Program-made: the position numbers and the translations under genes
Origin: Clostridia bacterium
GTDB taxonomy: Bacteria > Bacillota > Clostridia > TANB77 > CAG-508
Direction of reading: 5' to 3'
Assembly (NCBI GenBank): GCA_022798335.1
Contig: JAAWMH010000015.1
Location: 7,872 to 71,871, forward strand
DNA length: 64,000 nucleotides
In this document: positions 34,421 to 44,051 of the stretch, one piece after another
Numbering within the stretch: the first letter of the stretch is position 1
Layout of the letters: every line of letters begins with the position of its first letter
Notes under the pieces: generated by a model
Seen by the model: the letters and a program-made list of their open reading frames with translations, nothing else
The model's database searches: none
Told to the model about the DNA's origin: nothing

Positions 34421-35005
34421 CTATCTTTCTTCATTTTGTTGACATTCATCTATTTTCCTTGATGTATATTTTCTAACTTCGCAATTTTTTAATGCTCGTG
34501 GCTCAAAATGATCAAAATCTGGTATTTCTGGCATACCATTAAAATAACTTTCAATAGCATGCGAAACTCCTCCATGTGTTACAAGCACTACACTTTTGTC
34601 TTTATACTTTTTTGTAATCTCATCTAAAAAGCTATAAATTCTTTGAAACATTGATTGAATTGGCTCTATATTTTCATTTGTATAATTTTTATTATAATCT
34701 AGCATCATTTGAATATTCCAATCTGGTCTATTTTGATGCCCTTCCATATCTCCATAGCATCTTTCAATTAGTCGCTTTTCTATTTCTGGCTTTATTCCTG
34801 TTACTTTACTAATGTATTCCGCTGTTTGAATAGCTCTTTTAAGTGGAGACACTAATATAACATTTACATTAATATTTTTAAACTTTGCAGCAATTTCCTT
34901 TGCTTGCTCTATTCCCACATTATTTAATGGTATATCTATATGACCTTGAAAAAGTTTTTGTACATTGTAATCGGTTTGTCCATGTCTTATTACATATAAA
35001 TTCAT
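34421..35005 (-). CDS. histidine phosphatase (phosphoglycerate mutase) family protein
   Basis: MNLYVIRHGQTDYN RHG motif; start chosen at Met with AAGGGAGA RBS. Confidence 0.75.
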   Translation of the reverse strand: MNLYVIRHGQTDYNVQKLFQGHIDIPLNNVGIEQAKEIAAKFKNINVNVILVSPLKRAIQTAEYISKVTGIKPEIEKRLIERCYGDMEGHQNRPDWNIQMMLDYNKNYTNENIEPIQSMFQRIYSFLDEITKKYKDKSVVLVTHGGVSHAIESYFNGMPEIPDFDHFEPRALKNCEVRKYTSRKIDECQQNEER

Positions 35006-35067
35006 AGAAAATCTCCCTTTTCTTTTTATCATAGCATATTCAGAATATTTATGTCAATTTTTTCATC

Positions 35068-35793
35068 TTAAAATAGCCCCTCTACCTTATACTCTTTTTC
35101 TAACTTTTCGTTAAAATATAGCTTACTTACTAAGTCTAATTCCTGCATATTTTCTTCTGATAATTGAAAAGAAAATAACTTTTTAGCGTCAGCTAAAATA
35201 ATATATCTAATTGCAGTTTTCGTTGAGTCTGAAATTTGAATAGCTCCTTTATCTGTTCTTCCACAATTGATACATTTTAATCCATTGTCTTTTAAGCTAA
35301 AATAATTTAGCTTTTCTTTTTCTTTACAGTTCGTACATTCGCTAATTTGCGGAGTAAAACCTAAATAGCAAAGTAGTCTTATTTTAAATACAGAAATAAT
35401 GAAATCTAAGTTTTTGTCCGTTTCTGAAATCATATATAAGGTATTTAAAAATAATTGTAAAATTTTATATGTATTTTGATTTTCATCTGTTACATCACTA
35501 ATTATTTTGGTAATATGTGAACTATAAGCTAATTTATCTAAGTCAATACGAATTGGATAAAATACCTCTATTGTTTCACAAGAATTCATATGGTAACTGC
35601 TTGTCCCTTGATACAGCATATATTCTCCAAACGCAAAAACTTGGGTGCCTGCCATGAGTAGGCTTTTTGGTCTTCTAGCCCCTTTTGCAGCGCACCCAAT
35701 TTTTCCATTGGGAGTAAGTATTGTTACCATTTTATCAAAATCATTCATATTACTTTCCGAAAGGATAATTCCCTTCGTCTTGATAATTCCCAT
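35068..35793 (-). CDS. recO: DNA repair protein RecO
   Basis: N-terminal OB fold + C-terminal CxxC...CxxC zinc motif (CTNCKEKEK...CINCG). Confidence 0.88.
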   Translation of the reverse strand: MGIIKTKGIILSESNMNDFDKMVTILTPNGKIGCAAKGARRPKSLLMAGTQVFAFGEYMLYQGTSSYHMNSCETIEVFYPIRIDLDKLAYSSHITKIISDVTDENQNTYKILQLFLNTLYMISETDKNLDFIISVFKIRLLCYLGFTPQISECTNCKEKEKLNYFSLKDNGLKCINCGRTDKGAIQISDSTKTAIRYIILADAKKLFSFQLSEENMQELDLVSKLYFNEKLEKEYKVEGLF

Positions 35794-35925
35794 ATTGTGT
35801 TTCCTTTACATTTTTTAGTTTATTTTTTTCTATGTTTTCTACTTGCATTAGTTCCATAAAAGTATTGATATCTCCTGTTTGCTTAAATGTATTCCATGCC
35901 AAATCTTTCATTTGCTTTTCTATCA
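35756..35925 (-). CDS. yqzL: YqzL-family small protein (58 aa), overlaps recO start; not in supplied ORF track
   Basis: MIEKQMKDLAWNTFKQTGDINTFMELMQVE... resembles YqzL found between era and recO in Bacilli; GAGG RBS. Confidence 0.55.
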
Positions 35926-36026
35926 TATGTTTACCTCATGCTCCTATCTAGAAGTTTTTACTTCTGTTATTATTGTTAACCTTTTTTTACTTTTTATTCT
36001 TCTTTTACATAGAAGATTTTTCCAAG

Positions 36027-36935
36027 CTAATCTATATTTTTAAATTTCTTTACAAACTGTTCGTTGTTAATCCAGTCTTCTTTTACTTTTACCCATAATT
36101 TTAAATTCACTTGTTCTTCTAATTCTTTTTCTAAATCTTGCCTTGCATATGATCCAATTCTTTTTAACATTTGACCTTCTTTTCCAATAATAATACCTTT
36201 ATGGGAATTTTTTAAACAATAAATAGTTGCTTCTATATTAAAAATTGGCTTTTCCTCTCTTGTTTTGGCTTTTTTCATTTTTTCTATTTCTACTAAAATA
36301 CCATGTGGTATTTCTTGTTGTAATAATTTCATTGCTTTTTCGCGAATGGTTTCTGCTGCTATTTCACGTAGTGTTTGATCTGTATATTCTTCTATATCAT
36401 AATAGGCTGGTCCTTCTTTTAAGCATTTTTCAATTTCTTCTAAGACAATGTCTACGTCTTGCTTTTTTAATACAGAAATGGGAATAATTGCTTTAAAATG
36501 ATATTCATCTTTAAAAGTTTCTATTAGTTTAAAAATTTGCTCTTTTGTGACTAAGTCTATTTTATTGATTACCAAAATAGTAGGAACCTTTGCTTGCTTT
36601 ATTTTCTCTAAAATCATCTGGTCTCCTTTACCAATTTCATTTGAAGTTGCTTCTACAACAAATAATACAACATCTGCATCTGGTATGCTAGTCCATGCAG
36701 TTTCATTCATGGCATCTCCTAATTTTGATTTTGGCTTATGGATACCTGGTGTATCAATAAATACAATTTGAGAATTTTTGCGATTTACAATAGCCTTAAT
36801 TGCATTTCTAGTAGTTTGCGGTTTGTTTACTACTGCTGCTATTTTTTTTCCTACTACTTCATTTAAAATACTTGATTTCCCTACATTTGTTCTTCCTACT
36901 AATGCTACAAAACCAGATTTGAATTTTTCCATCAT
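36027..36935 (-). CDS. era: GTPase Era
   Basis: G1-G5 motifs (GRTNVGKSS, DTPG, NKID) plus C-terminal KH domain. Confidence 0.93.
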   Translation of the reverse strand: MMEKFKSGFVALVGRTNVGKSSILNEVVGKKIAAVVNKPQTTRNAIKAIVNRKNSQIVFIDTPGIHKPKSKLGDAMNETAWTSIPDADVVLFVVEATSNEIGKGDQMILEKIKQAKVPTILVINKIDLVTKEQIFKLIETFKDEYHFKAIIPISVLKKQDVDIVLEEIEKCLKEGPAYYDIEEYTDQTLREIAAETIREKAMKLLQQEIPHGILVEIEKMKKAKTREEKPIFNIEATIYCLKNSHKGIIIGKEGQMLKRIGSYARQDLEKELEEQVNLKLWVKVKEDWINNEQFVKKFKNID

Positions 36936-37057
36936 TCTTTTCTAAACTTCCCTTTCTTTTTTATTATACTACTAATATCTATTCCACTTTTGTAGAATTT
37001 TGTCAATGCTTTTGTAGTTTTTTTCTACTAATTTTGCTTGACATTGCTACTTTGGTT

Positions 37058-38814
37058 TTAAATTCTGTACTTTTCTTTTGCTCCATAATGGGTATGTAAT
37101 AACTCATGTGCTAAGTGTCCCCCTGGCTCTCCTAAAAATTCTTGATAAATCTTTTGTAATACTGGATTTTTATGCGATTTTCTTATGGTGCTTTTTTCAT
37201 CAATCGTATACATAGCATCTGCTCTTTTTTTAGCTATGTCTACTGTTTCTCTAATTTTTGCACTTTTGATTGGTTGCCCTCCTCCCATAATGCAACCACC
37301 TGGGCAAGCCATAATTTCTACAAATTGATAGTCTGCTTTTCCTTGCTTAATTTCTTCCATAATAGTTTGTGCATTTCCAAGTCCGACTTGCGACAACCAC
37401 TTTAATTTCTTTATCTCCGCACCTTTACACTGCCTCTTTTAATGCCTTCCTTTCCTCTTACTCCTTCAAATTCTATTTTTTCTAATTCTTTTCCTGTTAC
37501 TATTTCAGAAACTGACCTTAACGCCGCTTCCATTACACCACCTGTTACTCCAAAAATAGCTGCTGCTCCTGTTGCTTCTCCCATTGGGTCGTCAAATTTA
37601 TCATCTTCTAATTCTACAAATTCAATATTGGCTGATTTTATCATTCTAGCAAGTTCTCTTGTAGTAATGACGCTATCTACATCATATAAAGCATTATTCT
37701 TCATTTCTTCTTTAGCTCTTTCGTACTTTTTAGCAATGCATGGCATAACCGATACTACAAATAGTTTTTCTGGATTGATATTTTGCTTTTTGGCATAATA
37801 CGTTTTTAAAATAGCTCCAAACATTTCATGTGGTGATTTGCAGCTAGACAAATGTGGCAAATTTTCTGGGTAGTTCATTTCAATATATTTTACCCAACCT
37901 GGGCTACATGAAGTAATCATTGGTAAATGGTCATTTTCTTGCATACGCCTAACAAATTCTGTTCCTTCTTCCATGATGGTAAAATCTGCCCCTGTATTGG
38001 TATCAAATACTTTATCAAAGCCTAGTCTTTTTAATGCTGTTACCATTTTTCCTGTTACATTAGTTCCTATTGGAAGTCCAAATTCTTCTCCTAAGGCTAC
38101 TCTAACAGCTGGTGCCACTTGAACAATTACTGTAGTTTCTGGATCTGTAAGCTTTTTCCATACTTCGTTAGTAGAATCTTTTTCATGCAGTGCTCCTGTT
38201 GGACAAGCCTCTATACACTGACCACAAAAAGTACAATTTACATCATTTAAACTATGGTCTCCTACTGTTGAAATACAAGATGAAAATCCCCTTCCTATTG
38301 CATCAATAGCTCCTACCTTTTGTACATTTTTGCAGCTAGAAATACACCTTCTACATAAAATACATTTATTAAAATCTCTTACAATAGAAGGAGAATTATC
38401 ATCTATTTTATGCTCATTTTTAGCACCCTCATAGCGCACATTAGTTACATTAAATTTCATAGCTAATGTTTGTAATTCGCAATTTCCATTTCGACTGCAA
38501 GTTAAGCAATCACGATGGTGATTAGATAGTATTAAATCTAATATCATTTTTCTTGCTTCTATAACTTCTGGTGAGTTAGTATGTACTACCATTCCTTCTT
38601 CTACTTTTTGAATACAAGAAGTAGCAAAGCCTCGTCTTCCTTCTACCTGTGTAATACACATTCTGCAATCTCCTACTTCGTTAATTTCTTTTAAAAAGCA
38701 AAGAGTGGGAATGTCTATATTTACTTTTCTTGCTGCCTGTAAAATTGTAGTCCCCTCTTCTACTTCTACTTGCTTTCCATCAATCACTAACTTTACTATT
38801 TTTTTATCGGACAT
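37058..38814 (-). CDS. hydA: [FeFe]-hydrogenase catalytic subunit HydA (2Fe-2S Fd domain, FeS clusters, H-cluster), frame broken by two single-C insertions near the C-terminus
   Basis: ORFs 37411-38814 + 37058-37396; H-cluster motifs TSCSPGW, MPCIAKK, EIMACPGGCIMGGGQP; removing C at about 37417 and about 37384 restores ...GSVKVGDKEIKVVVASGLGNAQTIMEE... Confidence 0.85.
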
Positions 38815-38935
38815 ATTTGTAATTTCCTTATACTATATATTTAGGTTTTTAATGGCTTCTACCTATAAACCTTATCCTTCGTTTTTTCTTCTAAACTGTG
38901 TTATAATATATATTTAGTAACCTTATCACCTTTGT

Positions 38936-40792
38936 CTATCTAATAGCATGAAATGAGCAACTACTTATACAGGTACCACATTTAATACATTTTTCTTCGT
39001 CTATATGGTGTACCTCTCCTGGCTTTCCTGAAATAGCCTCTACTGGACAATTTCTTTTGCACATACCACAACCTTTGCATTTATTTTCATCAATTTGTAT
39101 TTTAGCTAACTTTTTGCATTCTCCTGTTTTACATTCTTTATATTTGATATGTTCTAAATATTCTTCCCTAAAATATTTTAAGGTAGAAAGTACTGGGTTT
39201 GGTGCTGATTGCCCTAAACCGCATATGGCAGTTTTGGGAATTCCTATTGCTAATTCTTCTAGTTTTTCTAGGTCTTCTATGGTTCCTTCTCCTTGGGTAA
39301 TCTTTTCTAATAATTCTAGCATTCTTTTGGTTCCAATTCTACATGGTGTACATTTTCCGCAAGATTCATCTACTGTAAAACTTAAATAGAATTTTGCTAG
39401 GTTTACCATACATTTTGTATCATCCATAACAATTAGTCCACCAGATCCCATCATAGAACCTATTTGTTTTAAAGATTCATAATCAATTGGGGTATCTAGG
39501 TGTTCTTTTGGTATGCAACCTCCTGATGGTCCTCCTGTTTGCGCTGCTTTAAATTCTCTATTATTTGGAATTCCGCCTCCTATATCATAAACAATTTCTC
39601 TTAAGGTCGTTCCCATTGGTACTTCTACTAAGCCTACATTTACTACATTTCCACCTAATGCAAATACTTTAGTTCCTTTTGAATTTTGTGTTCCTATTTT
39701 TGCATACCAATCCGCTCCATTTAAAATAATTTTAGTAATATTGCTATATGTTTCTACATTGTTAATTAAAGTTGGTTTTCCCCATAAGCCTGAATTTGCA
39801 GGATATGGTGGTTTTACTCTTGGTTGTCCTCGTTTTCCTTCGATAGACTCTAAAAGTGCTGTTTCTTCCCCACAAACAAATGCCCCTGCTCCTAAACGAA
39901 TATCTATATCAAATTCAAAGTTTGTACCTAATATATTTTTTCCAAGTAGCCCATACTTTCTTGCTTGTTTAATTGCTGTTTCAAACCTTTCTACTGCAAT
40001 TGGATATTCTGCTCTAACATAAATATATCCTTGGTTTGCACCAATTGCATATCCTGCAATCATCATTGCTTCTATTATGCAGTGTGGGTCTCCTTCTAAA
40101 ATACTTCTATCCATAAATGCTCCTGGGTCTCCCTCATCTGCATTACATACTACATATTTTTGTTTTCCTTCTACTTCATTTGTTAATCTCCACTTTTTAC
40201 CTGTAGAAAAACCTGCTCCTCCTCTTCCTCTTAAGCCTGATTTTTCTACTTCTTCTATTACTTCATTTGGTGTCATTTCTAATAGTACCTTTTCTAATGC
40301 TCTATATCCATCAAAAGCAATATATTCTTCTATGTTTTCTGGATCTATTTTTCCACAATTTTGAAGAGCAATTCTTTTTTGTTTTTTATAAAAAGTAAGG
40401 TCATCTAATTTTTGTACTACTTTTCCGTCTATATCTTTACAAAGTAATCTATCTACTGTTTTTCCTTCTATTATGTGAGATTCTATAATTTCTTCGCAAT
40501 CTTCTGGTGTAACTCCCGCATAAAAGGTATCTTCTGGGCGAATAATCACAATTGGTCCTTTTGCACAAAGTCCAAAACAGCCTGTTTGAATCACACGTAC
40601 ATTGGCTAACTTTTTTTCTTCTACTACTTTTTTAAAGTTTGCTATTATTTTAGGAGATTTTGAAGAAGTACAACCTGTTCCATGGCATACTAAAATATGC
40701 TTTTCTTTTGTACCTACATTGCAATTTACACGAAGCTCTAATTCTTTTTTCTTTTCTTCTCTTATTTTTCTTATTTTTTCTAATGCTTCCAA
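38936..40792 (-). CDS. hydB: NuoF-like flavoprotein subunit of bifurcating [FeFe]-hydrogenase (HydB: Trx-like 2Fe-2S, FMN/NAD site, 4Fe-4S)
   Basis: GRGGAGFSTGKKW FMN motif, multiple CxxCxxC clusters; TTG start with AAAGGAG RBS. Confidence 0.85.
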   Translation of the reverse strand: MEALEKIRKIREEKKKELELRVNCNVGTKEKHILVCHGTGCTSSKSPKIIANFKKVVEEKKLANVRVIQTGCFGLCAKGPIVIIRPEDTFYAGVTPEDCEEIIESHIIEGKTVDRLLCKDIDGKVVQKLDDLTFYKKQKRIALQNCGKIDPENIEEYIAFDGYRALEKVLLEMTPNEVIEEVEKSGLRGRGGAGFSTGKKWRLTNEVEGKQKYVVCNADEGDPGAFMDRSILEGDPHCIIEAMMIAGYAIGANQGYIYVRAEYPIAVERFETAIKQARKYGLLGKNILGTNFEFDIDIRLGAGAFVCGEETALLESIEGKRGQPRVKPPYPANSGLWGKPTLINNVETYSNITKIILNGADWYAKIGTQNSKGTKVFALGGNVVNVGLVEVPMGTTLREIVYDIGGGIPNNREFKAAQTGGPSGGCIPKEHLDTPIDYESLKQIGSMMGSGGLIVMDDTKCMVNLAKFYLSFTVDESCGKCTPCRIGTKRMLELLEKITQGEGTIEDLEKLEELAIGIPKTAICGLGQSAPNPVLSTLKYFREEYLEHIKYKECKTGECKKLAKIQIDENKCKGCGMCKRNCPVEAISGKPGEVHHIDEEKCIKCGTCISSCSFHAIR

Positions 40793-40816
40793 TTCTTTAG
40801 CTCCTTTCTTTTTATC

Positions 40817-40868
40817 TATGTCCCCAAACTGACAGTTTTGGTCATTTAAGCTACGTCCCTAAACTGAC
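40817..40868. repeat. intergenic repeat element (tandem units TATGTCCCCAAACTGAC ... TACGTCCCTAAACTGAC with internal AAACTG-A-CAGTTT palindrome) between hydC and hydB
   Basis: about 85% identical to the element at 60802-60854. Confidence 0.5.
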
Positions 40869-41359
40869 ATTAAGTTGTTTAATACTTCGTCTAGCATTTT
40901 TACTGTTGCTTTTCCATATACTTCTCCATTTACAGTAAATACGGGTGCTATTCCGCATGCTCCTACACAGCGTGTAGCGTCAATGGAAAATTTACCATCT
41001 TTGGTTGTTTCTCCTTCTTCTATTTGTAATCTTTGTTTTAGGCGTTCCATAATTTTTTCTGAACCTTTTACAAAGCATGCTGTTCCTAAACATACCGAAA
41101 TAGCATACTTTCCTTTTGGTTTTAATGTAAATCTTGAATAAAAGGTAATTACTCCATAAATTTCTGCCATAGGTATTTTTAAATATTCTGATATTTTTCT
41201 TTGTGCTATTTGTGGAATATAACCATATTTTACTTGTACTTCATTTAAAATAGGAATTAAGTTGTCTTTACTATTAGTATAGGGCTCTAAAATGCTCTCT
41301 AATTCTTTATTTAGCTTATCGCTCATACATGGGCAGTTTTGATTTTCTTCTTCGCTCAT
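40859..41359 (-). CDS. hydC: NuoE-like 2Fe-2S subunit of [FeFe]-hydrogenase (HydC)
   Basis: 166 aa, CxxxxC...CxxxC thioredoxin-like ferredoxin (CLGTACFVKG...CVGACGIAPV). Confidence 0.85.
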   Translation of the reverse strand: MSEEENQNCPCMSDKLNKELESILEPYTNSKDNLIPILNEVQVKYGYIPQIAQRKISEYLKIPMAEIYGVITFYSRFTLKPKGKYAISVCLGTACFVKGSEKIMERLKQRLQIEEGETTKDGKFSIDATRCVGACGIAPVFTVNGEVYGKATVKMLDEVLNNLMSV

Positions 41360-41554
41360 TTTGTTCCTCCTTACTTTTATTTATATGGTATTTTTTCTTT
41401 GCTATGCTCATTATATCAAAGCCTTATTTTTTGTACAACAAATTTCGACATGAAAATTCAGTTTTTTCATACTTCAAATGAAAAAGTAAAATCTTTTTTT
41501 ATTTCTTTTGAAATATAAAATTTTTATTATAAATAGTTAATATATATAAATAAA

Positions 41555-41601
41555 AAAGGTTCAATATCATAACTAATTTTATTGAACCTTTTTTATCTTA
41601 T
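41555..41601 (-). terminator. terminator after DUF3048 gene (AAGGTTCAAT...ATTGAACCTT + T6)
   Basis: 10-bp stem, T-run. Confidence 0.6.
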
Positions 41602-41607
41602 TATTTC

Positions 41608-42720
41608 TTATTCAAAACTAATTTTACTATCAATTGGGCAAATTTGAATAAAGGTTTTTCCATCATTTACTTTTATTTCATTTCCTTGTAAGTCTTTATA
41701 TATTGTTTTTTCACTTCTTGCAGTTTTCTCACATTTTATTGAAATATATTTGCCATTTGTAATATAGTATCCATCTAATGTTTTTACATTATCTAATGTT
41801 TGTCTTCCTTTTGTTGTTCCATCATTTAAAGTTGTATTTTTACATTTTGTAATAATAATATTTTTAGCTGTAACAGTTTCATTAGTATTCCAATCAATTT
41901 GTTTTTTATTTCTAGAATAACGGATATATGTTTTAGTTTGTTCATCATAAGTGTATTTTACTGTATTATAGCTTGAATATGGAATTGTAACTGTTTTTGC
42001 TAAGTTTGTTACTTTTCCCTCCATTTCTCCTTCTTTTGGTTCTTCTTTCTTTTCTTCTAGTTCTACTTCTTCTACTACATAATTTAAAACATTTCCTTTA
42101 TTAGTGGTAGTTCTAAAATTCTCTCTTTCTATTATCTTTTTTATTTTTTGTGTTGAAGTTACTGCATTATGTGGAGCATAACGGCTACTATCTCTCCAAA
42201 AACTGCTTTCACTTTCATTAATTCCATTAATATCACTAATTGCTAGGCTTTTAATATCATCTTTTGCTTGTGGACTTTGTCCATAATGTACATAAATAGC
42301 ATCATTTTCTAATGCATAATCTAAAAAGTAATGTCTAGCACTTCTTAACGGACCTATTTTATCTAAATTTTTATTTTTCATAACAGCCATTAGTCTAGTC
42401 TCTCCACCTTCTACAATAATTTCATAGACTAAATCTGCTTGTATTAAACCTGCTTGTGGCATTGCATTAATATTATTATCTAACATAAATGCAATTGGTC
42501 TCTCATCTCCTGCAAATGTTTTAGGCTTTAACTCTTCTTTTGGCTTTTCTTCTCCTGCTATACTTGTATTACTATTACTTGTTTCTCCTGTTTTTTTGCT
42601 TTCTTTAGATACTTTCATAATAAATAGTACCCCTGCTACTATAATTAAAAGTAATAAAATAACAATTAATAAACTAGTACCTCTTTTAGATTTTCTTTTT
42701 TTAGTTCTTGTTTCTCTCAT
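41608..42720 (-). CDS. DUF3048 domain protein (YerB-like, N-terminal membrane anchor)
   Basis: PIAFMLDNNINAMPQAGLIQADLVYEIIVEGGETRLMAVM matches DUF3048 core. Confidence 0.7.
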   Translation of the reverse strand: MRETRTKKRKSKRGTSLLIVILLLLIIVAGVLFIMKVSKESKKTGETSNSNTSIAGEEKPKEELKPKTFAGDERPIAFMLDNNINAMPQAGLIQADLVYEIIVEGGETRLMAVMKNKNLDKIGPLRSARHYFLDYALENDAIYVHYGQSPQAKDDIKSLAISDINGINESESSFWRDSSRYAPHNAVTSTQKIKKIIERENFRTTTNKGNVLNYVVEEVELEEKKEEPKEGEMEGKVTNLAKTVTIPYSSYNTVKYTYDEQTKTYIRYSRNKKQIDWNTNETVTAKNIIITKCKNTTLNDGTTKGRQTLDNVKTLDGYYITNGKYISIKCEKTARSEKTIYKDLQGNEIKVNDGKTFIQICPIDSKISFE

Positions 42721-42756
42721 TTGTTTTTCAATTCCTTTCTTCTATATAAACCTTAT

Positions 42757-43524
42757 TTATATTAATTTGATAATTGCTGTAACAATTCCATATAACATAA
42801 GTACCATAGCTGTTCCAAAACAACCACTAAAAATAACTTCTGAAAGTTTATGTTCTTTTGCAGCTATTCTGCTTTCTGCTACTAATATTGCCATTACTAG
42901 TCCTAAAATTAAAATGACAATATTATCTGTTAAAAGCCAAATAATGGTATTTGCTGCAAATGCTATTGTAGCATGTCCACTTGGTATAAATTTTTCATTT
43001 AAGCCTTTATGTTTATTTGTTTTAGCATATGCAATTAGTGCTAAAACTGCAATAATAGTGATTATCATAGCTGAAAATGCAACATGTACTGGTGAATTAG
43101 TTACATGTTCTATAAAGGCTAAACCAATATCTGCTATTTTATCAAAGAATAAGAAATAAGCAACGATTAAAGCGTTAATTGTTGTTATTACTACTCCTCC
43201 TGCTGCTACGTCTTTTGCTATTTTTGCTTTTGGATGATACACGTCTACATATAAATCTACTACTGTTTCAATTGCTGTATTTACCATTTCTGCAAAAATA
43301 ATTAATATAATGGTAAACAAAAAGCATAAGAACTCTGCTCTGCTTAAGTTAAAGAAAAGACTTACTATTACAACAATTACTGCAATAATGAGCTGCTTTT
43401 GAATATTTCCTTGGGTTGTGGTTGCATAAATAATTCCATTAAAAGCATTTTTCCATGCATCTATAAACCCATGGTTTTTAATTCTTTGGTCTTTTGCATT
43501 TTGTTTTTTTGGTTCTTGCTCCAT
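42757..43524 (-). CDS. dgkA: diacylglycerol/undecaprenol kinase (DgkA) fused to a C-terminal PAP2-like phosphatase domain
   Basis: DgkA signature EMVNTAIE...D...H.AK.AKD.AAGGV then second membrane domain with PSGH motif. Confidence 0.7.
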   Translation of the reverse strand: MEQEPKKQNAKDQRIKNHGFIDAWKNAFNGIIYATTTQGNIQKQLIIAVIVVIVSLFFNLSRAEFLCFLFTIILIIFAEMVNTAIETVVDLYVDVYHPKAKIAKDVAAGGVVITTINALIVAYFLFFDKIADIGLAFIEHVTNSPVHVAFSAMIITIIAVLALIAYAKTNKHKGLNEKFIPSGHATIAFAANTIIWLLTDNIVILILGLVMAILVAESRIAAKEHKLSEVIFSGCFGTAMVLMLYGIVTAIIKLI

Positions 43525-43539
43525 ACTTTCCCCTTTTAT

Positions 43540-44037
43540 TTATCTTGTAATTTCTAACTTAGATAATACATTTTCTTCTTTTTCCCTCATTTGTTTTTTT
43601 TCTTCTTCTGTCATATGATCATATCCTCTTAAATGGTAAAAACCATGTACTAACATATAAGCAAATTCCCTTTCAAAACTATGCCCATATTCTTTTGCTT
43701 GCTGTTCTACCTTTGGAATAGATATAATAATATCTCCTAAAATATCTTGCAATATGCCTTCTTCTATATTACTTTTGCCTTTTTTTTCTATTAAATTATC
43801 TAGCTCTTCTTTTTCAAACATTGGAAAAGATAATACATCTGTTGGTTTATCTATATTGCGATAACTTTTATTAATTTGCCTTATCGTTTCAGGATTTGTT
43901 AAAGTAACACATATGTAGAAAGAGGTAGAATTTATTTTCTCTACCTCAAAGCATTTTTGTAATACCTTTTCAATGATTCCTCTATTTTCTTGCACTTCTT
44001 TAATGTCTTTCCATATAATTTCTGCAACTGTTTCCAT
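43540..44037 (-). CDS. ybeY: rRNA maturation endoribonuclease YbeY
   Basis: HGFYHLRGYDH zinc-binding motif, 165 aa. Confidence 0.9.
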   Translation of the reverse strand: METVAEIIWKDIKEVQENRGIIEKVLQKCFEVEKINSTSFYICVTLTNPETIRQINKSYRNIDKPTDVLSFPMFEKEELDNLIEKKGKSNIEEGILQDILGDIIISIPKVEQQAKEYGHSFEREFAYMLVHGFYHLRGYDHMTEEEKKQMREKEENVLSKLEITR

Positions 44038-44051
44038 TACTTTTCTCCTTT

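Noticed and set aside
41460-41480. Inverted repeat ATGAAAA-N7-TTTTCAT upstream of hydC as a possible Rex operator
   Set aside because: Half-sites TGAAAA/TTTTCA only loosely resemble the Rex TGTGAA/TTCACA consensus. Could be chance in AT-rich DNA. Kept out of findings.
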